Positions 51,234 through 58,188 of a stretch of 58,188 nucleotides of DNA are shown here, in pieces. The notes beneath the pieces are model-generated. The model did not search any database, was not told where the DNA came from, and was given only the letters and a program-made list of their open reading frames with translations. The DNA comes from Deltaproteobacteria bacterium (GTDB taxonomy: Bacteria > Desulfobacterota > Binatia > HRBIN30), in contig JACQEN010000103.1 of assembly GCA_016200585.1 (NCBI GenBank), positions 1 through 58,188 of the forward strand, given 5' to 3'. Position numbers and translations under genes: made by a program. Positions within the stretch are counted from its first letter, which is position 1. The number at the start of each line of letters is the position of its first letter.

Positions 51234-53929
51234 TGGCGGCGAACCGCCACCCATACGAGAAGATGAGTGCGACAGTCATGGGGACATTGAGTAACGAGCG
51301 AGTTGGTAAGACTGATTCCACGCGCCAGGGCTTGCCCATCTATCAGCGACCCGCTTGGCGCTGGGCGGCGGTGGCAATCGTTGCGACTTGGATCCTCGGG
51401 GCTGGGCATGTGCTCGCCGGCACCAAGGTCGGCGATTGCCAGGCACCCGTCGATACCGTCGGGATCAGCGAAGTTCAGGCTTGCGTCAACATCTTTTCCG
51501 GAACGCAGGCGGTGTCGACCTGTTCGCAGTGCGACGCCAACGGTGACGGCACCGTCTCGATCAACGAAGTTCAGGGGTCGGTGAACTGCTTTCTCGACGC
51601 CGGCTGCCCGATGATCACCGCGCTATCGCCGACGCCGACCCATACGACCCCCGTCAACACACCGACGTTTACGGTGCCGCCGACGACACCGCCGACGGCG
51701 ACGCCGACCAAAACTCTTCCGCCGATCGATACGGCGACGTTCACGGCGACGGCTACGGCAACCAACACGCCGGTGACGCCGTCGGCAACGCCAACGACGC
51801 CCCCAGCGGGCGGCAGCTGCGGCGCGGACAAGATGGGTAAGTGCTGCAACATGGTGGTCGATACGGGCGAGGAGTGCGACGACGGCGGTACTTGCGTCGG
51901 CGGCGCCAACGGCGGCAAGGACTGCACCAAAGCGGAGGATTGTCCGGACGGCTACTGCCAGGCCTTTGGCGGTGACGGCTGTGCGGCCAACTGTACCAAT
52001 GAGCGGTCGGTGCGCTTCGCGTTTACCGGAGCCCGCTGCTACGGCGCCACCAGCGACACGTGCGGCGGCATACAGACCTGTGTCGGTGGAGCGTACGTCG
52101 GTAAGCCGTGCTCGACCAATTCGGACTGTGGCCCGGCGGCCAACCGCGGCGTGTGCACCAGCGAATGCGTCAAGACGGCAGGCGACGGCAGCCAGTGCTT
52201 CGGCGTCGGCGAATGCGCCACCGGCGATGCCGACAAGATCGGCAAGAGCTGCCCGTCGAGGATTGCCGGAAACTACCCGCCGTTAGCGCAACCTCTTTGC
52301 CAGGGTGGTACGCGCGTTGGATATCCATGCGTTGCGGTTGGCGCCGGTACGCCGACGCCGGCTCCGGGTTGTCCGGGTGGATCCTGCGTCAATCCGTGCG
52401 GCACCAACGGCACCTGCCAGCACCGCAGCGGTTCCGTCATCCAAACCGTCGGCGTGATTCCGTCCTTGAGCATCGGACCGTTCACCGGCGGTGAGGATCT
52501 GATCATGGGTAAGGCCGGTGCGGACGGTCTGATTCCTGTAGCCGTTCCGGCAACCAGCGTAAGCTTTGCCCCGGTCAAGGTTCAGGGGTTGGCTTGTGCG
52601 TGTCCGGCGGGCTCTGCCGATGCACAGGTGCACGGTCCGGGAAATTCCGGATCGGGATACATTGCCTGTGGCGCCGGCGGTCTGGTCGGCGTCGACGTCG
52701 ATGTGTCGCGCGACCACAACACAACGACGGGTGGCGCGGCCAACGGCCTTGGATCGTGCAAAGGTGGTACGCGTGATGGGCTGGCGTGTGGTGCTGCTCT
52801 GGATTGTCCGGGCACCGGGGCCACCTGCAGCGGACTAGGTAGCTGCGTCGGCGGTACCAACGATGGCAAAGAATGTCTGCTGCCAACGGATTGCCCGAGC
52901 GGCACTTGCCAGCATCACGGCGGTGGCGCCTGCGTCGCGGGAACCAACAAAGGCAAGGTCTGCCACGTTGATGCCGACTGCGGCACAAATGGAACCTGCG
53001 TCAGTCCGGACGACAGCAGCTGCAATGCGCAGGAGCCACCGCCGCCGACCGGCAGCGGTTCCAAAGCCTGCTTGGAGAGCAAGGAAAAGTGTGAAAGCGG
53101 TCCGATCGTCGGAACCCCCTGCACGGCCAACGCACAATGCAATAGCGGTGGCAGCACCGGTGCGACGTGCGGCAACGATTGCAACAGCGGTGGCAACCAT
53201 CCCGGAACGTGCAATGGCCCGATCCGGCTGAGCATCTCCGGGACGCGTGGCACGGGGTCGGCAATCATCGTCACCAACACGGCGATTGGCGTCATTACGG
53301 AGGCCAACGACTGTAGTCGCAGCTCCGTATGTACGCCCGTGACCTTCGGCTTGCCCACAACCACACCGCCGACCGCTTGCTCGGTGGATGCCGAGTGCGG
53401 CGCCGGTAAAGCGTGCTCGACGGCGTATTGCGCCGGCACCTGCACCGGCGGCGCCAACGACGGCAAGCCGTGCATCCGGACGTCCGAATGTCCAAGTGGC
53501 ACGTGCAACCAGGGCGGTACGTTCGGACAAGCCTGCACCGGTTCGACGGCAGGCGAATGCCCGAGCGGCGGTGTGTGCGTTCCGGTGTCGCGCGGCAAAG
53601 GCTTCGATGGCTTGCCGTGTACGGATGACGATCCCGATTCGTCCAAGGGTGTGCCGCAAAACGCCCCGACGACGACCGGCATCGCCAGCACCAACATCAT
53701 CGATGCAGCGGCCGGCACCACCGGCACGCTTGGCCATTTGGTCGGCCTTGGCACATGCAATGGCAACGTCAACTGCCTGACATCGAGAAAGGGCAAGGAG
53801 TTCGATTGCACTGCCCTGATGGCTGCCAATCCAAGCGTCACCGGCGCCACACTGGTGAGCGCCTTCAATCAGCTCGATCCGGCGCAGCTCGGGGACGACG
53901 CGATTACCATCAATCAGACGGCCAAGTAG
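51233..53929 (+). CDS. secreted protein with N-terminal dockerin-like module, PT linker and >=8 cysteine-rich repeats
   Basis: ATG 51233 overlaps the scaffoldin stop (TGATG). A signal/anchor segment is present (WRWAAVAIVATWILGAGHVLAG). The dockerin-like segment spans 51431..51620. The PT linker reads PTPTHTTPVNTPTFTVPPTTPPTATPTKT... It carries GEECDDG plus repeated C.GG...G..C....DC..G.C units. Confidence 0.8.
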   Translation: MAANRHPYEKMSATVMGTLSNERVGKTDSTRQGLPIYQRPAWRWAAVAIVATWILGAGHVLAGTKVGDCQAPVDTVGISEVQACVNIFSGTQAVSTCSQCDANGDGTVSINEVQGSVNCFLDAGCPMITALSPTPTHTTPVNTPTFTVPPTTPPTATPTKTLPPIDTATFTATATATNTPVTPSATPTTPPAGGSCGADKMGKCCNMVVDTGEECDDGGTCVGGANGGKDCTKAEDCPDGYCQAFGGDGCAANCTNERSVRFAFTGARCYGATSDTCGGIQTCVGGAYVGKPCSTNSDCGPAANRGVCTSECVKTAGDGSQCFGVGECATGDADKIGKSCPSRIAGNYPPLAQPLCQGGTRVGYPCVAVGAGTPTPAPGCPGGSCVNPCGTNGTCQHRSGSVIQTVGVIPSLSIGPFTGGEDLIMGKAGADGLIPVAVPATSVSFAPVKVQGLACACPAGSADAQVHGPGNSGSGYIACGAGGLVGVDVDVSRDHNTTTGGAANGLGSCKGGTRDGLACGAALDCPGTGATCSGLGSCVGGTNDGKECLLPTDCPSGTCQHHGGGACVAGTNKGKVCHVDADCGTNGTCVSPDDSSCNAQEPPPPTGSGSKACLESKEKCESGPIVGTPCTANAQCNSGGSTGATCGNDCNSGGNHPGTCNGPIRLSISGTRGTGSAIIVTNTAIGVITEANDCSRSSVCTPVTFGLPTTTPPTACSVDAECGAGKACSTAYCAGTCTGGANDGKPCIRTSECPSGTCNQGGTFGQACTGSTAGECPSGGVCVPVSRGKGFDGLPCTDDDPDSSKGVPQNAPTTTGIASTNIIDAAAGTTGTLGHLVGLGTCNGNVNCLTSRKGKEFDCTALMAANPSVTGATLVSAFNQLDPAQLGDDAITINQTAK
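51431..51620 (+). other. dockerin-like duplicated segment (coding sub-feature)
   Basis: The sequence is GDCQAPVDTVGISEVQACVNIFSGTQAVSTCSQCDANGDGTVSINEVQGSVNCFLDAGCP. The second half has the EF-hand-like DxNxDGxVxxxE loop followed by a helix (VNCFL). The first half keeps the helix (ISEVQACVNIF) but has lost the Ca-ligand residues. Confidence 0.6.
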
Positions 53930-53950
53930 GCGCCGGCTTCGCGACCGTTC

Positions 53951-53979
53951 GGAGGCGGATGAAACCTTCATCCGCCTCC
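53951..53979 (+). terminator. perfect 13-bp hairpin after the dockerin-protein gene
   Basis: GGAGGCGGATGAA-acc-TTCATCCGCCTCC, 22 nt after the stop at 53929. There is no U-tract. Confidence 0.5.
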
Positions 53980-53999
53980 CGCCGATCTACAAAACAGTA

Positions 54000-54029
54000 T
54001 TGACAAAGCTGCGAAACCCAGAGCATCAT
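54000..54029 (+). promoter_or_regulatory. sigma-70-type promoter candidate
   Basis: TTGACA (54000..54005)-N18-CATCAT in an AT-richer spacer. This would give a ~200-nt leader before ATG 54234. Confidence 0.3.
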
Positions 54030-54233
54030 TCGACCAGTTCAAACAAGTTCAGGGAAACACCGTAAGGAGTGGCGTATCGTGAAGCGGGAGACCGTTGGCG
54101 ACGAATCGTCAGTACGACTTCTGCCTGGTCGGGATGGGAGGTCGCCTCCGAGACGGTGCATTGATTCAGGGTGAATCGGGTCGAGTTGGCCCGCGAAAAC
54201 AGCAACCAACATTTTGGAGGGAGGAGTAAGAGT

Positions 54234-55988
54234 ATGATCAGCAGAATGAGTAAGGTCGTGGCGGCGGCCGCTTTGGCGGCGCTGTTGTGGCCGACAGCGC
54301 AGGCGAACGCCGTCTGTAGCACGGGCCTTGCGGACAGCGCGACGCCGGCTTGTAAAAATGCGGCGGCATGTCAGACGGGTATCCACAAAGCGGTTTTGAA
54401 GTACTACTCGGACACCCAAAACAAGCTGGCCAATCTACCCTTGGCCGCAAGCTTCGGCGGCAAGACCGTCAAGCCGGTGTACAAGTGCATCGGCGGCCCG
54501 AACAATGGCAAGCCCTGCGTTCACAACAACGGCCAATGCAAGTCGGTGAAGAACAACAAGAAGGGTTGCAATAGCTACCTCGATTGCGATTCAGCGGACA
54601 TGACTTCCTGCGACAAGAGCAAGCAGTGCAACCCGATGTCCGCCAACGACACCAACGAGTGTCAGATCGACACGTCGAAGTCGGCGTACGCGAAAGACGC
54701 GGTGGGAATTCGCGCCAATCTGGTGAAGGCCGTCTTTGCTGCTTGCCAAGCTACAGGCAAGCAGGTTCCGCCGAGTGACCTCGGTCTGGATCAGATTGCA
54801 AATTGTCCCGGCGTTGCGGCGGCGGCCACTGACCCCGATGCGTACAACGCCCTGGTCGATTGCATCACGCGTCGCGCCGAAGGCGATCTCGCTTCCGGCA
54901 AGCTCGTCGACACGGCCCTGTTCGTGTACAACAAGGTGACCGGCACCAATGCGATCGCCCCGCAGGCGAAACCCGGTACGGTTGGAACGACCCAGCCACG
55001 CGGCATTCTGCAGATTGCCGGCTCGCAGTCGCTGCAGGTCGGAACGCAAGCTTCAGGATCGCCGGTTTCCGATGGCGGCGGTTTGACGGAAATCTCCGGG
55101 GCGCACTGCGTCGGCGGCGGTTTCCGCTGCACCAAAGACGCCGACTGCGGCAAGAACTCTGCGGGCCTGGCTGACACGTGTGCGAACAACAGCAACACCG
55201 ATCCGAACTGTGCCAGCGGAATGCCGTGCCGCACTCTGACCGGACCGGGCGCGGTGCACGACGCATCGACCGACGGCAACATTCTCACCGTGTCGGCGCA
55301 ATGTTCGGGAACGATCTCGACCTGTCTGGTTACGCTGACCCAGGATGCCGGCAACGGCACGCCTGCTTCGGGTCATGCGAATTTCGCGGCCGGAGAGGTT
55401 TCGACCAAAGCTCCGATTCACACGAAGGTCTACGTTACCGACATCTTCACGCCGTGCGCTTCCGCGCAGCCCTGTCCGTTCTGTGTCGCGGGCATGTCCG
55501 GCAACACCTGTGACAGCGGCCACACTGTGGGCGGCAGCTGCTCCACCGCAGCCAACGTGCCGACGCAAGAATGCCTCCCGGGCGCCGCTGGGCCGAACCC
55601 ACCCACGGCGACCATCCCGAATCCATTCCTGCTCAGCACCGAGCCGAAGAGCCTGACGGCCAATGGGTCGAATCAGTTCTGCGGCTTCTGTAACAACGAC
55701 CCGACCCAGGGCTGCGCGTTCAGCTACCCGGGTGGCGCCAATCAAGAATGCGTTGATAAGGGCGTCGGCGGCACCTGCAACTTCGGCAGCTCGGGACAGG
55801 GCTTCCAAGGTGATCCGAACGTCGCGTCGATCACCGCCGATGGCGTGCGCAGCACCTACGCGCCGATCTCCACCGGAATCTTCTGCACCGGTAGCGCCGA
55901 TGGTGGTGGTACGGTTGACACCGCGGCCGGCTTGCCCGGTCCGGTGCGCGTCACCATCCCGTACATCCAGGCTTACCTGTTCGACTAG
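54234..55988 (+). CDS. secreted cysteine-rich protein
   Basis: ATG 54234 sits behind a GGAGGGAGGAG SD (ORF track begins at 54171). The signal peptide is MISRMSKVVAAAALAALLWPTAQANA. It has about 40 Cys and contains CIGGPNNGKPC and CVGGGFRCTKDADC, which match the repeat core of the upstream protein. Confidence 0.8.
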   Translation: MISRMSKVVAAAALAALLWPTAQANAVCSTGLADSATPACKNAAACQTGIHKAVLKYYSDTQNKLANLPLAASFGGKTVKPVYKCIGGPNNGKPCVHNNGQCKSVKNNKKGCNSYLDCDSADMTSCDKSKQCNPMSANDTNECQIDTSKSAYAKDAVGIRANLVKAVFAACQATGKQVPPSDLGLDQIANCPGVAAAATDPDAYNALVDCITRRAEGDLASGKLVDTALFVYNKVTGTNAIAPQAKPGTVGTTQPRGILQIAGSQSLQVGTQASGSPVSDGGGLTEISGAHCVGGGFRCTKDADCGKNSAGLADTCANNSNTDPNCASGMPCRTLTGPGAVHDASTDGNILTVSAQCSGTISTCLVTLTQDAGNGTPASGHANFAAGEVSTKAPIHTKVYVTDIFTPCASAQPCPFCVAGMSGNTCDSGHTVGGSCSTAANVPTQECLPGAAGPNPPTATIPNPFLLSTEPKSLTANGSNQFCGFCNNDPTQGCAFSYPGGANQECVDKGVGGTCNFGSSGQGFQGDPNVASITADGVRSTYAPISTGIFCTGSADGGGTVDTAAGLPGPVRVTIPYIQAYLFD

Positions 55989-56018
55989 AACACCAACCGA
56001 TTTTCTCGCGGTTGAATA

Positions 56019-56059
56019 CAACGACCCTCGAGGGAAACCTCGAGGGTCGTTGCCGTTTT
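56019..56059 (+). terminator. rho-independent terminator
   Basis: The 15-bp perfect stem CAACGACCCTCGAGG / CCTCGAGGGTCGTTG has a GAAA tetraloop and is followed by CCGTTTTC. It lies 31 nt after the stop at 55988. Confidence 0.8.
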
Positions 56060-56307
56060 CGGGGGCGGCTGCGCGTCTCCAATTGGAACGGGCGCTGACG
56101 CGGCGCGTCTCCGTCCAAGCTACAAAGGCCCAAATGTTCGCACGCCACCGCCCAGGGCTCTACCCTGGTCCCGCCCCTTTGGGCTGAAAGCGAACAGAAT
56201 TTAATGTGAACCGACGTCAGCCCCGATGGGTGGCATTCGTCAGCCCGGGGTGTATGTGAAGCCCCCCCGAAGGAATTGAAGGGCGAAGCCGCGAGGCGGT
56301 CGAAGTG

Positions 56308-56997
56308 CTACTCGATTCTCGTCCAGGTGTAGTTGCCGCCGATGCGGATCGGCATCAGGCCGGGGCCGCGTACGGCGGAGAGATTCGTCGAGCTCCAGGT
56401 CCCGCGGATCGTGTTCTTGTCGATTTCCCGGGCGTAGAAGACCAGGGCACTGAGTGCCGTTGATTTGTCGCGGCTGAGGATCTCGATGCCCAGGAGCGCG
56501 CCTTCTTGCTCCGGCGGATGCGTGTTGGGCTTGTGCGTGAAGTGCTCCGGATCGCGCAGGTAGACCTTGGTTGGCGTCGTCGGGTCGGTCAGCTCGGAGA
56601 GCGACGCCAAACGGTCTTTCATCGCGCGTGCCGTCGATGCGTCGCACTCGAACGCCACCCCGGAGTCGTTGGCGCGCTTCAGTGCCGCGGCGAACGGCGG
56701 GTTGCGCTCCCAGAGCTGTTGCAAGCTCCAACCCTGGTTGTCGTGCTTGATACGGAAAACCCGCCAGCCGTTTAGCGAGCGCTCGTTCAACGTGGCGACC
56801 TGGACACCGAACCAGGTGCCGGCCAGCGATTCGGGGATCTTGCCGATTGCCGCGGTTCCGCCCTGGCCGATTGGATCGGCAGGCATCGCTTCGGGAGCCG
56901 CCGGCGGGGAGGGCGGTTCCGCCGTCTTGTTCACCGTACTGCAGCCGATCATTCCGGCCGTCACTGACACCATGCCGAAGGTGAGCATCCGTCGCAT
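56308..56997 (-). CDS. hypothetical lipoprotein
   Basis: I take ATG 56997 as the start, behind a perfect AGGAGG SD (ORF track extends to 57624). The sequence MRRMLTFGMVSVTAGMIGCSTV carries a lipobox. The protein is 229 aa with no recognised domain. Confidence 0.75.
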   Translation of the reverse strand: MRRMLTFGMVSVTAGMIGCSTVNKTAEPPSPPAAPEAMPADPIGQGGTAAIGKIPESLAGTWFGVQVATLNERSLNGWRVFRIKHDNQGWSLQQLWERNPPFAAALKRANDSGVAFECDASTARAMKDRLASLSELTDPTTPTKVYLRDPEHFTHKPNTHPPEQEGALLGIEILSRDKSTALSALVFYAREIDKNTIRGTWSSTNLSAVRGPGLMPIRIGGNYTWTRIE

Positions 56998-57192
56998 ACT
57001 ACCTTGCCTCCTGGTTAGGATCGCTAGAGCGTCTGCCTCGGTACCATACGGGATGAGGTCGGACAAGCAACGATGCGGAGGGTTGCGCTCTGCCGATCGA
57101 CTCGCTGCGGCGCCGCCGGGTCGGTCGACATGCGTGGCGAAAGTGAGGTATCTGGTTAGTGATACGGACGCAGGTCGCGGGTAGAAAGTGGG

Positions 57193-57222
57193 TTGACACG
57201 GGTTGCGATCGAGCAGCACAAT
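57193..57222 (+). promoter_or_regulatory. sigma-70-type promoter candidate
   Basis: TTGACA (57193..57198)-N18-CACAAT, about 60 nt upstream of ATG 57283. Confidence 0.35.
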
Positions 57223-57282
57223 CGCGCCACGGTGGGGAAGACTTTCAAGCATGTCGACGCCACTCACCGTAAGGGGTGAAGG

Positions 57283-58188
57283 ATGAGCTATCGGAGCTGT
57301 ACGGTTCAGTTGGGGTCGTTTGCCGGCCGTTTGTTGCGCTATGCCTTGTTGCTTGCCATGCCGTTTGCGGTTCTGCTCTCGGCCCAGCGCGCGACTGCCT
57401 ATAACTGTACAGGCACTCCCTGGCAGACCATTACCGTCAGTCCGTCGAGCAACATCGTCGGCGCGTCGAGCAACTACACGATCGCGACGACCGTACCGGC
57501 GCTCGACGGCTGCGACATCACTCTCAGTAGCCATATTACGATTACCTTTCCGGGCGCCACCAACACCACTCCGGTGACCGGCGCGACCTTCAACGGCACA
57601 CCGGTCAGCAACATCATCACGCAATCCGGCACCTCATTCGTATTCCAAGCGCCGGTTGGAGTTGCGAACAATGCTCCGCTCACCATTATCATCAACACCA
57701 TCACCAACGATTCGACGGGTGGCAGCAAGACGTTGTCGATGTCGGCCTCCTCGGTGCAGAGCGGTTCGATCGCCAACACCACGTCGAGCCCTTACACCTT
57801 GGCGGTTCCGACCGCGACCTTCACCCCGTCGCTGACACCGACGCCGACGTTGACCAACACACCGACGTTGAGCGCGACACCGACCCTGACACCGACGACC
57901 CAGACCAATACGCCGACAGCGACGATCACCAGCACGCCGACGCCGGGCTTCTGCACCTTACCGCTGGCGAGCAACGGCTGTATCCCGGGCGGCGGCTCGA
58001 AGAAGACCGATTGCACCATGGAGCTGCTCTCTACGCCGGTGCCGGTGCCGGGAAAGAGCGGCGTCCCGAAGGCCAAGCTGGTTTGTTACGAGGGCGACCC
58101 GAAGTGCGACTTCGACGCCAATCTGACGAACAAGAGCTGCACCTTCCACGCGCGCGTTTGCATCAACAGCGCCGACCCGCGCCTGCCG
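57283..58188 (+). CDS. secreted protein with N-terminal beta-rich domain, PT linker and Cys-rich C-terminal region (3' end beyond window)
   Basis: The frame is open to the window end, so it is not in the ORF track. ATG 57283 sits behind AAGGGGTGAAGG. My translation: MSYRSCTVQLGSFAGRLLRYALLLAMPFAVLLSAQRATAYNCTGTPWQTITVSPSS...TFTPSLTPTPTLTNTPTLSATPTLTPTTQTNTPTATITSTPTPGFCTLPLASNGCIPGGGSKKTDCTMELL...VCYEGDPKCDFDANLTNKSCTFHARVCINSADPRLP. Confidence 0.8.
   Translation, partial: MSYRSCTVQLGSFAGRLLRYALLLAMPFAVLLSAQRATAYNCTGTPWQTITVSPSSNIVGASSNYTIATTVPALDGCDITLSSHITITFPGATNTTPVTGATFNGTPVSNIITQSGTSFVFQAPVGVANNAPLTIIINTITNDSTGGSKTLSMSASSVQSGSIANTTSSPYTLAVPTATFTPSLTPTPTLTNTPTLSATPTLTPTTQTNTPTATITSTPTPGFCTLPLASNGCIPGGGSKKTDCTMELLSTPVPVPGKSGVPKAKLVCYEGDPKCDFDANLTNKSCTFHARVCINSADPRLP

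Noticed and set aside
47780-58188. Interpreting the cohesin/Cys-rich locus as a horizontally acquired genomic island.
   Set aside because: There is no integrase, transposase, tRNA target or flanking direct repeats. The coding GC looks similar to the rest of the window, and only the intergenic spacers are AT-richer. 'Accessory-looking' is as far as the sequence supports.

Overview
This is a high-GC, gene-dense bacterial chromosomal window with about 50 protein-coding genes. I recognised no rRNA, tRNA, CRISPR array, transposase or integrase. From 0 to 38 kb the content is mostly core metabolism and envelope or regulatory genes. These include a GST, an Hpt protein, an RND/MMPL exporter and a beta-oxidation-like operon (acyl-CoA dehydrogenase, thiolase-like protein plus DUF35, enoyl-CoA hydratase). 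They also include a WS/DGAT wax-ester/TAG synthase, an SDR, a KirBac-type K+ channel, pirin, two class A PBPs and citrate synthase. The rest of this stretch holds a sigma-54 two-component pair (HK plus NtrC-family activator) with a divergent porin/PBP-like/receiver operon, an HSL-type esterase plus acyltransferase, TatB/TatC, an HDAC-like deacetylase, a receiver-HK hybrid, a Memo-like protein and PtsP (EI-Ntr). From 38.9 to 47.8 kb there is a same-strand run of envelope export genes: a BNR/Ycf48-like lipoprotein, a second RND exporter with an extra PDZ-like insert, a GldA/F/G-like ABC system and DUF4340. From 47.9 to 58.2 kb lies the most unusual part, an accessory-looking surface-protein locus. 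It encodes a lipoprotein with a long Pro/Thr linker and four cohesin-like modules, three of them tandem repeats with a near-identical 180-nt core. That gene is translationally coupled to a protein with an N-terminal dockerin-like module and at least 8 cysteine-rich repeats. Two further secreted Cys-rich or PT-linker proteins and a lipoprotein follow. I read this as a candidate non-cellulosomal cohesin-dockerin surface display system. Three sigma-54-type promoter matches (one perfect, in front of the WS/DGAT gene) are a second notable theme. All functional calls rest on motif reading of the translations; no database search was run.
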